Part shown: positions 37,676 to 49,297 of the stretch, one piece after another
How the letters are laid out: every line of letters begins with the position of its first letter
How positions within the stretch are numbered: position 1 is the first letter of the stretch
From: Scenedesmus sp. PABB004
Taxonomy: Eukaryota
DNA length: 64,000 nucleotides
NCBI GenBank assembly: GCA_014905635.1
Contig: JABVCE010000002.1
Coordinates: 62,001-126,000, forward strand
Direction: 5' to 3'
Made by a program: the position numbers and the translations under genes
Notes under the pieces: model-generated
Told to the model about the DNA's origin: nothing
The model's database searches: none
The model's input: only the letters and a program-made list of their open reading frames with translations

Positions 37676-38672
37676 TCAGGCGCCGGCCAGCAGCACCGCC
37701 TGCGTGAACCGCCAGCTCAGGCTCCACAGCGGCTGGCACAGCTCGACGGGCGCCGCGCCCTGCTTGTTGCGCGCCTGCCGGTCGGCGCCGCCCGCTAGCA
37801 GCAGCCGGACGACCTCGACGTGGCCGCGCATCGCGGCCCAGTGCAGCCCGGTGTTGTCGCCCTGCCGCGGCGCGGCGCCGAGGCGGCGTTGCGCAGCGGC
37901 GGGCGGGGCAGCAGCTGACCGCGCTGCTGGAGGCGCACGCAGCGCGCCCACCAGGTCGAGCGCGCCGGCGTCGGCGCCCGCCTGCAGCAAGAACTCCACC
38001 ACTGCCAGGTGGCCGTTGTGAGCGGCGCGGATTAGCGGCGTCTCGCGCATCTGGGCGGGTGAGGCGGTGCGGCGTGGCGCTCACCGCAGCGAGCCCGCGG
38101 CGCCAGCGCTGGCGCGCGCACGGCCGGCCGCGCGGCGCCGCGCCCGCCGTCTCACCACGTTGCGCTGTTCGATGTCGGCGCCCTCCTCCAGGAGCAGCTT
38201 GACGCAGCTCAGGTGGCCTGCGAGCGGCGCGCCCGCGCTGCTCGGCCCGGCCCTGCACCGAGCAGCCCCCGCGCGCCGCGCTCCCCCGCGCGTGCTGCCC
38301 GCGCGGCACCCACCCCCGCCCGCCGCGAGCACCAGCGGCGGGTCGCCGCAGTGGTCGGCGGTGTTGAGCGTGGCGCCCTGCACGCGCGCGTGCGGCGCGT
38401 GTGCGCGCCGAGGGCGTTGGCGCGTCGAGCGCAGCGCGCAGCGCCCACCTCCAGGACGTGCTCCCGGACCCAGTCGTGCTGGCCGTCCGTGCAATCGCGC
38501 CAGATGTTGCTCTTCTCAGCGATGAACCGGCCCGACTGCGGCGCGTGTGCAGAGAGGCAGCAGCGCGCGAGGCGCGGCGCGCGTGAGCCGCTGCCGCTGC
38601 CGGCGCGCGCGGCAGCAGCAGCGGCAGCTGCGGGCGCGCGCAGCAGTGGCGTACGATGAGGTCGAACGGCAT
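37676..38672 (-). CDS. Small ankyrin-repeat protein, about 6 exons
   Basis: MPFDLI|SGRFIAEKSNIWRDCTDG...|GDPPLVLAAG|GHLSCVKLLLEEGADIE|RETPLIRAAHNGHLAVVEFLLQAGAD|GDNTGLHWAAMRGHVEVVRLLL. Confidence 0.9.
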
Positions 38673-38694
38673 GGTGCCTGGGCGCTCGGTCTGC

Positions 38695-39108
38695 AGCAGC
38701 GGCGGCGCGGCGAGCTCTCGGCTGCGGCGGGCCGTGTGCGGGCGCGGGGCTGCCTGGACGCGTGGGACCACGCCGAGGCCTGCTCTGGAGCGCGCCCGCG
38801 ACGCCCGGCGGCCTGGAGCCTCCGGCAGGCGCGTTTTTCGGCGACGCTCGTTGAACCGCCCGAGGCGGCGCCCCGCCCCCTGCCCGCAGCGTGCCAGGGC
38901 CTCGAGCGCAGCCCACGGCCGCGAGCTGGCCGCTGGCGTGCGGCAGAGCACCGTGCGCAGCTGCTGCGGGGCGGCGCGGATCCGCGCCGGCGTCCGGACG
39001 CCGGCGCAGATGCCGGCGCGGCCGAGCCTTGACTGCAGTCTGCTGCCGCCGCGCGGCCGGGGGACGGAGGGCCTGCACGTCCTCACGGTTACGGCCGCGC
39101 GCACGCGT
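38695..39108 (-). repeat. 5'-flank cassette family 2, copy upstream of the ankyrin gene
   Basis: Strongly similar to 44410-44822 (GGGGCTGCCTGGACGCGTGGGACC, GCGTTTTTCGGCGACGCTCGTTGAACCGCCCGAGGCGGCGCCCC, GACGGAGGGCCTGCACGTCCTCACGGTTAC). Confidence 0.9.
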
Positions 39109-39147
39109 GGCACGCTCGCGCGCCGCGCGCAGTCATCAAGTCATCAA

Positions 39148-39221
39148 GCCGGCGCCCAACAAGCCGGGCGGTGGAGAGCAACTGCCGGCGCCCAACAAGC
39201 CGGGCGGTGGAGAGCAACTGC
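39148..39221. repeat. Perfect 36-bp tandem duplication
   Basis: GCCGGCGCCCAACAAGCCGGGCGGTGGAGAGCAACT x2, preceded by AGTCATCA x2. Confidence 0.9.
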
Positions 39222-40190
39222 TGAGGAAAAAAGCGCTGCAGAGCGCGGCAAGATCGACAACGACCAGGCGGGGGGAAGCTCCGAGCACACGCACGCACAC
39301 GCACGCACACGCACGCACACGCGTGCAACCCGCAAGAGCAGTCCAGCCGTGCAGAGCATAGCATAGATCAGGGGCGCGTCGGCACAGAGTGGCAACCGCG
39401 CCCTGCAGTTTGCGTTTGCAGTGCTTGGGAAGGTAAAACTCGCGCGTTTGACCGCGACGAGTCGACGTCACGCACCGTGTCGTGCAAGGGCGCCCCGGTC
39501 TGCACGCGACCTCGCTCGACATCGCCCACTCCACGCCCCGGTCGCGCTTCGTTGCGCTGAGCAGCAGCCTATGCGCGCAGCACACAGCGCGCATGAATGA
39601 TGAATGCTGTTCCCCCCATCAGACCACGGACACACCACACCACAGACCACGGACAGAGCGAGCAGAGCAGACCGCGCGCACGAGACCAAGCGGCGGTCAA
39701 AGTGCGTTCAACAGCGCGCAGATCTGACAAATCGGCGCCGTGCCGTTATCTAGGCCGCCGGCGGAGGAGAGAGTGAGAGCCGCGAGCGCGCCGGGACGGA
39801 CGCGCGCGGCCTGGCCGGACCGCGCGCGCCGGCCAGACGCAGCCAAGCGGCATTGAGCCCCGGCCCAGCGAACCGCCGATCCTGGGAGGGCCCGCGCAGG
39901 AAGCCCCCACATCTGACCAGACCACCCCTGCATCACTCCACACCACTCCCAGCAGTGCAGTGCACGTCGCGCGGACGGCAGGATACGGTCCAATAACGGG
40001 TCCAATGACGGCGCCCGCGCGAGGCGGCGCAGGGCGTCGCGCGCGCGCCCACGCGGCACAGAGCGTGGCATCACGCCCCCGGGCGCGCGTTCGACAAAGC
40101 GCCACGCCAGCAAGCCAAACTTAGCACGGACATCACTCCATCCACCAAGACAGAGAACGACAGAGCTCGCGTGAGCGCACACACCCAGAC

Positions 40191-41753
40191 TCACACGAGC
40201 GGCAGCAGCCGCATGAGATCCTCGCGCAGCTCCTGCTGCCGCTGCTCAATGTCCTGCAGCAGCTGCAGCCGGCTCTCGGCCTGCTGCAGCTGCGCCGGGC
40301 TGAGCACGCGCCGCGGCGGGCCAAACGCGCCGCCTGCGGCCCCGCCGCCCGCCCAGGCCTGGCCCTGCGGCTGCGGCCATGCAGGCAGCACGTGGGCCTG
40401 GGGCTCCGGCCCGCCTGCCAGCGGCAGGCCCATGGCAGGCAGGGCCATGCTGGCGCCAGACCCAGTGAGCAGTGTCAACTGCTGCTGGAGCTGCAGCAGC
40501 TTCGCCAGCTCCTCGTTCAGCAGCTGCTGAATGGCATCAGAGTCGTCGTCCACCATGCTCGGTCCTGCCAGCGGCCAGCCGGCCAGCGCCTGGTTAAGGC
40601 TGGCGCCGCCGCTGCTTGCGGCCGCCCACGCGCCCGAGCGCTCCGTGCGGGGCGCCGCCAGCCCGCTGTGCGGGGGGCTGCTGTTGGCAGGCCACGCCGC
40701 CGCCGGCAGCTGCCAGGCGCTCGCCAAGCTGCTGCCGCTGCTGCGGCCCGCTTCCGCCGGCTGCGCCGACGGCAGCCACTGGATCGACAGGCTGCTGCAG
40801 GCAGAGCCGCTGCCGCTCGCGTGCGCGCACGGCAGCATGGCCGGGCTCGGCGGGTCGGCGCAGCCGTAGCTGGCCAGCTGCCGCCGCATGACGTCGCCGC
40901 CGCCGCCGCTGTGGAGGCCGTCGCCGGCGAAGCACATGCCCGCGCACACCGTCGGCACAGTGCTGTCAACGCTGCTCCACGCGGCCGCCGAGGGCGCCGC
41001 GGCGCCGCCGCCGCTCCACGCGCACGCCCAGGCGCCGGGGTCTGCCGTGCTGGCGTCGCCCCGCAGGATGCACGCGGCGCTGCTGCAGTCGCGAGCGTCC
41101 TGCGCCAGCCCGCCCCCGCCGGCCGCCGCCGCGAGCGCGGCGTTCAGGCCGGCCGTGAAGCCGGCCGAGAAGCCAGCCGAGGGCCTGCTGCCTGCCGCGC
41201 CGTCCCCGGGTGAGGACAGCGCACGCGCGCGGGTGGGCGCCCTCACGCCGCCCAGGGGCACGCTGCAGGCCGACGGCTCGTGCTGCGGGAGGGGGTGCTG
41301 CTGACGCTGCTCCGCCGGCTCGCCACCCCCGGCGCCCGGGCGCACGCCGCCCGAGTGCAGCCGGGGCGGCCACGGAGGCGGGGGCGACCGCGCCGCCTGC
41401 TGCTGGGCGGCGTGCCGCTGCAGCTGCAGCTGCCGCGGCGGCGGCAGGGGCGACTGCGCGCCGCGCTCCCACTCCTGTTCGCGCTCCCACTCCCGCGCCG
41501 CGTGCTGGCTGGCCACGTGCTGCTGCATCAGCCAGCGCTCGCGCGCGCGCACCAGCGTCCGCGGCATGAACACGCCTGTGGATGTCGGCCGGGGCGGCAG
41601 TGGCGGGGGTGGTCAGCAGGCGCTGCGGCGAGGCAGCGGCACGCCGCCGGCGCAGCAGGCTGCCGCCGTACCGGTGCCGGGCGGGCTCGTCGCAGCGCCG
41701 GCGTCGGCGTCGCCGCCGCGGCCGCCGCCAGTGCTGCCGCTGGCCCCGGTCAT
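40191..41753 (-). CDS. Low-complexity orphan protein with N-terminal GTGVFMP motif and C-terminal Leu/Gln helix, 2 exons
   Basis: Intron 41576-41671 (GTACGG...CACAG) joins PPGT-G-VFMPR; 460-aa open exon ending ESRLQLLQDIEQRQQELREDLMRLLPLV*. Confidence 0.65.
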
Positions 41754-42854
41754 GGAGCAGCTGCCGCGTTCGGGGAGAAGGCCTGCGGATCGAAGATTCA
41801 CGAGGCTCCGGCAAACATGCGGCCAACCCGCAGCCGACCACACCGCCCCGCGGCCGCGCCCCGGCGAGCCTCACCGCCACGGCGTCGACCGGCTGTGTTG
41901 AGGAGCGCAGCCTGCGCGGCCAGCGGAGCCCGTGGCACCGCGCGCCTCCGTGTGGGGCGCGACACGCGGGCTGGGCGCCGCTCTACGGGGCCCGCAGGCC
42001 GCCGGCGATGGCGGGGAGCTGCACCTACACGCCACGAGCTCTGGGCGGGGCGGCAGCTCGGAGGGCCGTGCGAGCCACACGGAGCCCGCGATGTTACGTC
42101 AGCTATCTCGCAGGGATTGCGGCGATCCCTAAACTAGGTCGTCGCGCCTACGTGGCACGCGCCCCAGCCTCTGCGACGGGGAGAGGCGCCGGGGAGTCGA
42201 CAAATACGCGTGCCTGCAGCCGCTGAGCGCGCGATCGCGCCGCTGCCGCCGCTCGAGCGCCCCCGCCGCGCCCGCGCGCAGGGCCCGCCTGGCGCCGCGC
42301 TGCGATTCCTGGCGAGCGTGTGGCCGCGCGCTGAGGCCCGGGACCCTGGCTCCAGGGCGCGGGGTGGCCGCCCGCGGCGCGCGCCGGGGCCGTCGCGCGC
42401 CGCCGCCGTGCCGGCGGTCGGCCGCCGCCCGGCCGTTGCCACCGCGCAGCCCGCGCGGCACTCGCGGGAGAGTGGCCCGATGTGGTAAGCGTGGTCCTGG
42501 CGCGGGCGCGGTGCTCGAACTGAACCCGCGTGACGCAGCGACGTCGGCGGGCGACGGCGCCAGCGCGCGCGCCGGCCCTGCCACACACCGCGCGCGCACC
42601 CCGGCAGCCCGAGCCCGCCTGCCTCCGCGCGTGAAGCAGCCCCCTCGCCCGCAAGGTGCGTGCGCGGCCGCGGTGCGGCGCGCCCGCGCTCGCTCGCGGC
42701 ACGCCCCAGCGGCGGCGGCAGCGCTGCGGGCAGGCAGCAGCGCGCTGCGCCCCGGCCGGCGCTGGCAGCTGGCAGCAGGGGGGGGGGGGGGAGGGCCGCG
42801 GCGCGCAGCCACGCCACGCGCCGCGCCGCGCCGCCCGCAGGCCGCCCGCCCGGC

Positions 42855-43588
42855 ATGCACACGGTGGCGACGACCCTCCGGCCGGCGGCCGCCGCGCCGC
42901 GACCCGCGCGCCGCGCTGCGCCGCGCCGCCCCTCGCCTGCGCGTGCTGGGCTACGCGGCCCCGGCGGCGGCGTGCCCAGCTACAGGGGCTTCAGCGACGA
43001 CCCCAGCGCTGCGCTGCGGCGCGGCTGGGCGCAAGTCGTCGACGCCTGGCGCGGCTGGCCGGCGGAGGAGCGCAGCGCCGCGCTCGCGTGGGGCGGGGGC
43101 GGCGCGCTGGCGCTCTTCATCGCGGCGCAGGCGCTAGCCGCGCTCGAGCGCGTGCCGCTCGCCGCGCCGGCGCTCCAGCTCGTCGGCTTGGGACTGTCGC
43201 TGTGGTCCTTTTTCCGGTGACTCCGCAGGGCCGCGCGCGGGGCGCCCCGCTCGCGACCCGCGCGCCGCACGCCGTGCGGCGCCGGGCGGCCCACGCGCGC
43301 CGGCGCGCGGCGCGCCACAGGTACCTGCTGTTTGCGGAGGGCCGCCGCGACCTGGCGCGTGACCTCGCGCTCGAGAACCTCTTCCCCCACCGCGGCGCCG
43401 CGGTGGCCGCCGGCCCGGGCGACGGGCGCGACCCGGGCGACGGCGCCGGGGGCGGGCCGGGCGCGCGCGGCGCGCCGCTGAGCGACGGCAGCGCGGGCGG
43501 CTACGCGCGGCGCGAGCTCGAGGGCAGCGTGAGCGGCGCGCTGCACGACCTGGACCAGCTGGCCGACGACCTCGGCGGCAGCCCCTGA
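42855..43588 (+). CDS. CURT1/CAAD-domain thylakoid membrane protein, 2 exons
   Basis: Transit peptide, then W...two TM helices, ALERVPLAAPALQLVGLGLSLWSFFR|YLLFAEGRRDL. Confidence 0.8.
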
Positions 43589-43801
43589 CGCGGGCGCGGC
43601 GGCTGGGCGCCTGCCGGCGCGCGCGGAGCGCTGGCGCGGCGCGGGGAGCGGGGCGGCCGGGGGCGTGCGTTGTGTTCAACACGAGTTGTTGCCGGGGGCG
43701 CGCGGCCGGCGCCGGCGGGGAGGGCGGCGCAAGTGCCGCGTGGCTCGTAACGAGCAGGCGGCGTGGCAGCCGCGCGCGCCGGCGGCGCCGCGGCTGTGAG
43801 G

Positions 43802-44377
43802 TCAGGGCTCCGCGCCCTCCTCGACCAGGCCCTCCGCCGTCTGCCGCACCGGCGGCCAGTACTCGGGCACCACCGACTGCGCACATGCGCGCGCGCGCCA
43901 GCGGCAGCGACCAGACCAGCGGCGGCGTCGGCGGCCAGGCCGGCCCGGCCGGCGGCCGCGGAGCCGCCTCGCGGCGGCCGCGCTGCCCAGCGCGCGGCGG
44001 GGCAGCAGCTCGGCCGCCGCACCAGGTCGTAGCCCCGCAGCGTGAAGCCGGTGTGGATGTTCATGTCGCGCAGCGTGCGCGCGTCGAACGCCGCCGCGGT
44101 CAGCTCGCGCTTGTGCCAGAAGAGCTGCAGCTGGTCCGCCGCCCGCACGCCGAGCTTGGCCGCGGCGGCGGCCTTCAGCGCGCTGACGGTCTCGTCGTAG
44201 CTCACGCTGCGGCGGCGGGCCGCGGCGGCGGCCGGTGCGTGCGCAGCGCCGCGCTGCGAAACTGGTCAGCCACGCTCACCGCACGTCGCAGGTCGCGGGC
44301 GGCCACTCCTTGCCCCGGCGCAGCGAGACGAAGATCTGCAGGCCCTCGACCGCGGCGGCACCCCCGTAGGCGGCCAT
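43802..44377 (-). CDS. Small ubiquitin-like domain protein, 3 exons
   Basis: LQIFVSL...|VSYDETVSALKAAAAAKLGVRAADQLQLFWHKREL...RTLRDMNIHTGFTL; no C-terminal GG. Confidence 0.7.
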
Positions 44378-44409
44378 CGGCGGCAGCACGCGAGCAAACA
44401 GCAGCGCAC

Positions 44410-44822
44410 GCGGCAGCGGCGCGGCGCGGCAGCGGCGGCCGTGCTGCGGGGGCGCGGGGCTGCCTGGACGCGTGGGACCGCGCCGAGGGCTGCTCTGGAG
44501 CGTGCCCGCGACGCCAGGCGGCCTGGAGCCTCCGGCACACGCGTTTTTCGGCGACGCTCGTTGAACCGCCCGAGGCGGCGCCCCTCCCCCTGCCCGCAGC
44601 GCGCCAGGGCCTCGAGCGCAGCGCCACGGCCTCGAGCTGGCCGCTGGCGTGCGGCAGAGCACCGTGCGCAGCTGCTGCGGGGCGGCGCGGACGCCGGCGC
44701 AGTCGTCAGCGCGGCCGAGCCTTGACTGCAGTCTGGCGCCGCCGCGGCCGGCCGGGCCTGCCGGAGCGGGCCGGGTGACGGAGGGCCTGCACGTCCTCAC
44801 GGTTACCGGCCGCGCGCACGCA
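44410..44822 (-). repeat. 5'-flank cassette family 2, copy upstream of the ubiquitin-like gene
   Basis: Homologous to 38695-39108, same orientation. Confidence 0.9.
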
Positions 44823-45219
44823 CGCGCGCCGCCCCGCTGCGCGCCCAGGGCCGCCCCACGCAGCAGACCTGCAGCAGGGGGGCGCTGGAGGGCCCCATGT
44901 CCCCAAAGAATAGTCTCTTAGATACATTCGCACGTTCACGCGGTCACAGGTCCCGCTCCCCTCCTCGCACACCAGCGTTGGGTTTCGGCCGCCTCACGGC
45001 GGCAAGGCTCACGCCACGAGCCGAATCTACACGCGAGCGGCCCGGGGGCGCGCGCGCGCCACCTGCGGCAGCGTGCCTGCGCAGCACGCCGTCCGCCGGC
45101 GACACGCCGCCTGCTGCACGGCGCCGGCGGGCGCCTGGCGCCTGGCGGCGGCGGCGCCGGCCGCCGGCGCGGCACGGGCGCAGAGCAGCGCCCGCCGCCC
45201 GCCGCGGGTGCGGCGCGCC

Positions 45220-45968
45220 TCACGCCGCCGCGGCCTTGCCCGCGCGGCGGCGCGCGCGCCGCGCGACCTCGTCGGCGAGCTGCTGGTTGAAGCGCTCGTA
45301 GCCGCGGCGCGTGGCGGCCATGGTCGGCGCGAGGAAGGGCAGCGCGAGGCCCGCCATCTCGGCGCCGTGGACAAAGCGCGTGTGCCCGCCCGGCAGGCGC
45401 TGCAGCGTCCACCAGTGGCTGCCGCGGAAGAAGAGGCTGAAGAGGGGGCCCCGGTAGTCGCGCCAGCGCAGCTCCGCGTCGCGCTGCAGCACCTGCACCT
45501 GCGCGCGGCGGCGGCGGCGAGCGGCGCGCGGGCGCGGCGCGCGCGCGTGGGCGCGGCCCGGCCGCGCCGCCAGCCGGGACAGCTGTCATCAGCGGGCTGC
45601 CGCCAGCATCAGGCGCCCGGCGCGCCGCCGCGCGGCCCCGCGCGCGCCGGCTGGCAGCAGCGGCGGCTGCGCAGCCGCCAACCGCCGCGCCGCCGCGGCG
45701 GCGCGGGGCCGCGGGCCTCGCTCCCGCCTGCCGGCTCCCGGCGCACCTCGGGGTCGTGCACGCTGTGCCGGATGCAGCCGCCGTCGAGGCGAAAGGCGAC
45801 GCGGCAGGCCTTGCCCTCGCGCTCCGGCGGCACGGGCAGCACCATGAAGTCGTTCCAGTCGCCCCAGTTGGCAAAGTCGCCGAACACCGCCCACACGGCC
45901 TCCGGGGGCGCGGGGATGGTCAGCTCGGTGTCGATCTTGCAGACGCTCGGCCCCAGCAGGCCCGCCAT
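45220..45968 (-). CDS. SRPBCC/polyketide cyclase-like (START/Bet v1 superfamily) protein, 2 exons
   Basis: IDTELTIPAPPEAVWAVFGDFANWGDWNDF...ELRWR...FRGSHWWTL...TRFVHGAEMAG...TRRGYERFNQQLADEV. Confidence 0.85.
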
Positions 45969-46289
45969 GGCGCCAGAGGCTGCTGGAGCGGGTGCGGCTC
46001 CTGGAAGGGCGGCGCCGCCGCAGGTCTGGCCGCGCGGCGGCGCGCGCCGCGCCTCCGTTCGACCCGCCCGGAGCAGCGGCGGGGTTCTGAAGGGCCCTGC
46101 GCGACCGCAGAGCGCGCCCGCGGGCCTGGGCCGGGCGCTGGAGCTGCCCCGCCGGCGTCCGGAGGCGACCCGAGGCCAGCCAGCAGCTCCCGCCGCCAGC
46201 TCGCGCACCGCCAGCCGCCGGCCCTGCCAGCGCTGGCAGCGCCGCCTCCGGAGCCTCGCGCCCCGCCAGCCGCAGGCCAACACTCCGCC

Positions 46290-46879
46290 ATGCGCGTCAC
46301 GGTGCAGCCGCGGCTGCAGACCGAGACGTGGAGCCTCTACTGGAAGGCGGCGTCGCGCACCGACACAGCGTGCCTGCCGTCCGTGGACCTCGACCTCGAC
46401 GCCGCCGCGCCGGTCGCGAGCCTCATGGACCAGGCGCGCGCGGCCACCGCGCCAGCCGGCAGGGCGCGCGCGCGCGTGCGCCGCGCGGCGCGCAGCCGGC
46501 CAGCGCCCCGCGCGCGCCCCCGCAGCTCGCCGCGCGCCTCGGTTGGGCGCCCGAGGACGGCCTGGTGCGCCTGGAGGGCTTCACCGCGCCCTGGCAGCGC
46601 GCGCTGCTCAGGTGGGCTGCCGGCGGGGCCGGGCGGCGGCGCGGCGGCGCGCAGCGTGCGCAGGGGTGAGAAGGGGCCCAGCAGCGCTGACCGGGGAGCG
46701 GCACGAGCCGCCGCTGCCTCGGCCGCAGGGGCCGCGCGCTCGCGCCCGACGCGACGCTGGCGGACGCGGGCGTGACCGACGGCGCCGTGGTGACCGTCGT
46801 GCGCACGGAGCTCGCGGCGGAGGGCTGGCGCATCGAGGACGAGCACGCGCTCAGCGACTCTGACTCGGACGAGGAGTGA
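46290..46879 (+). CDS. Small ubiquitin-like fold protein with acidic tail, 3 exons
   Basis: MRVTVQP...VDLDLDAAAPVASLMDQ|LAARLG...|GRALAPDATLADAGVTDGAVVTVVR...SDSDSDEE*. Confidence 0.65.
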
Positions 46880-47066
46880 AGCCGCGCGCGCGCGCACGCG
46901 AGCGGCCGGCCCGCGCCATGCAACAGCGTGCGGCGCAGGCGGTTACTCGGGCGCGCCCCGGCAGCGCCGCGCAGGCGCCGACGGCGCGCGCGGCTGCGCA
47001 ACCGCCGTGGGCTGGGCAGCCCCCGCGACCCTGCAGCCAGCCAGCTGCAGCTGCCGGGGCGCGGGC

Positions 47067-47068
<2 letters not shown>

Positions 47069-47132
<64 letters not shown>
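47069..47132. repeat. (CA)n microsatellite, about 32 units
   Basis: Direct observation; lies between convergent 3' ends. Confidence 0.97.
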
Positions 47133-47133
<1 letters not shown>

Positions 47134-47360
47134 GATCTAACGCACACACCCGCCTCCTCCACACCGCCAGCGCGCAGCGCCGCTGCGCGCGGCGGCCGCC
47201 AGCTCCTCCTCGCGCGCCGGCTCCGCCGGCCGCCGGCGCGCGGTGGCGGCGCGGGCCGCCGCCGCTGCCGCCGCCCGGCCTCGCCTCCGCGCGCCGCTAC
47301 CTGCTGCTGCTCGCCAAAAGCTGCATCGCTGCCGTCCTGCTGCTGCGGGCGGGGGCGCGC

Positions 47361-47961
47361 TCACTTCTGGAACGAGCCCTTGAGGCAGATCTTGGCGGTC
47401 GGGTTGCTCGCGCACACGACCGACTTGACGTCCGCCTTCTCGGCGGCCATCACGGGGCTCGCCAGCAGCACCACGGCCGTGAAGGCGGCGGCGGCGGCCT
47501 TGGCCACGTTCACCTGCGGCTGCGCGGCGGCGGCGCGGCGCGCAGCGGCGGCGCGTCGGCCGGGCTGCCGCTGCCTGCCCAGCTGCTGCTGCTAGGCTGG
47601 CGGTCTGCGGGGTGCGCCGCCGCCGCTCCCAGACCCCCGCGCCCCCGAGCAGTGGCGGCGCGAGCAGCGGCCGCGCAGCGACGCGCAGCCGCCGCCGCTG
47701 CGCGGCCCAGCCGATGCACTGGCGCTCGCTGCAGGGCGGGACACTCGCCGCTGGCCCGGCGCCGCGGCCAATGGCCCCGCATGGGCGCCCCGGGGGCAGG
47801 TGCGGGTGCGCGAGCGCATCCGCAGCTGTCCCGGCCCGCCCGCGCAGCCCGGCGGGAGATCCGGGCCACCGTCGGGCCCCACGCACCTTGGCCGCGGGCT
47901 TCTGCACCTTGGCGCTCGCCACGGGGCGCACGGCGCTGGCGCGGGAGATGGTGGCCTGCAT
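47361..47961 (-). CDS. psbTn: Nuclear-encoded photosystem II 5-kDa lumenal protein (PsbTn-like), 2 exons
   Basis: MQATISRASAVRPVASAKVQKPAAK|VNVAKAAAAAFTAVVLLASPVMA-AEKADVKSVVCASNPTAKICLKGSFQK*; CxxxPTAKIC signature. Confidence 0.8.
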
Positions 47962-49297
47962 CCTGGCTGTTGCTGGCCGGTGCGTGGACGGTGGGGCGGT
48001 GCGGCGGCGGCGGATGTTGCGCGGGCGTGTGGGCGGTCGCGTGGGCGGGGAACGGGCCCGAATGCGCGGCAGGTGCATGATCTTCTCCTAAACCCTTTTA
48101 GCCAATTACCCTGCACGGGTCATTGGGGGGCGCAACCTACACCCTACTCCGCGCCGCCAACACCGCCGCAACTCCGCCTCACCCGCGATGTTGCGCGCCC
48201 ACCGCCACCGCCACCAGGCGCTGTTTCACGGGCGCTGCCGGCAGCGGGGGGAGGTGATCCCAGAGAATGCTGGGTCGCGGCGTGCCAGGCACGCCTTCGC
48301 CTACCCCCAAGCCAGGCAGCCAGCCCGCGCGAGCGCCGCGTTTCCGCTCCCGCAGCCGCAGCAACAGTGCGCGAACACGCGGGCCGGCCGCCGGCGGCGA
48401 GGCCGGCGGCCGTGCACTGCCGGGGGCTGCTCATCATCTGAGCATGGGCCTTGGCGAGGCCCCCCGAGTCAGCGCAGCCCCCACCGCGGCGCGCCGCGCG
48501 TGGCGCCGCGCGCGCCGTCCCGACGTCGGGACGGCGCCCGCACACACCTGGCGGCCGGCTGGAAGAGCTCGCAGCGCCGGCGCCGTCCAGGCGCGGGTCT
48601 GGGCGCCCGCCTGGAGGCGGGCGCCCTCGCCGCGTCGCCTGGGGGGCGCGTGGGGTCGCCCAGCGGGCGGGGAGGCGTGCGGGCCGGGGAGAGAGAGAGA
48701 GGAGCGCAGAGCGACGGCGGATTTATTGGGCGAGAGAGCGAAAAATCGGCGAGGTCTGCGCTGAACCCCTGCCCTAAATGTTTTTGCAGAAGGCTCCGGC
48801 TCGGCCCGCCCAGCCGCTGCAGAGCCTTCGGTGACCGCTGGCAAGCCGCTGAGGTGCGCCCCGGGCACGGGCGGGGAGGGCAGGGGGGCGCTTGGGGGGG
48901 AGGGCCTGCTCTAGCCCCCCGCGGCCGCCCGGGCGCCCAGCGGCTGCCAGATTCCCCGTGCCGCCATGGTCGGTGTCATACCGCCATGATCACGCCCGCC
49001 CGCCGCCCGCCGGCGCCCGCAGGAGCGACAGCAGCGGTGAGCGTGGACCGGCCTTCCCCGCGCGCCCCGCTCGCCACACGCCCCGTCAGAGCCGCCTGGT
49101 CTGCGGGTCAGACGTAATCAAGCACTGGCAGCGGCGGCCGGGTGCGGCGGGCTTCCGTGCGGCTGGGGCAGGGGCGCGGCGGCGGTGGCGCCGCGCCGCC
49201 GTGCACCCGCGCACCCGCACGCGCCACGCCGCGCGTCCCGCAGGACCGAGCAGCACCCAGCGGTGCGCCCCCCGCGGCACGCGGCCGCGCGGGCACG

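Noticed and set aside
39148..39221. 36-bp repeats as a possible CRISPR array
   Set aside because: Only two adjacent copies, no spacer, no cas genes, eukaryotic context.
46851..47164. HTHTHT / CVCVCV ORFs
   Set aside because: Translations of the (CA)n microsatellite.
48086..48100. CTAAACCC-like telomeric or telo-box strings (also ~42128, ~48772)
   Set aside because: Single imperfect units with no array.
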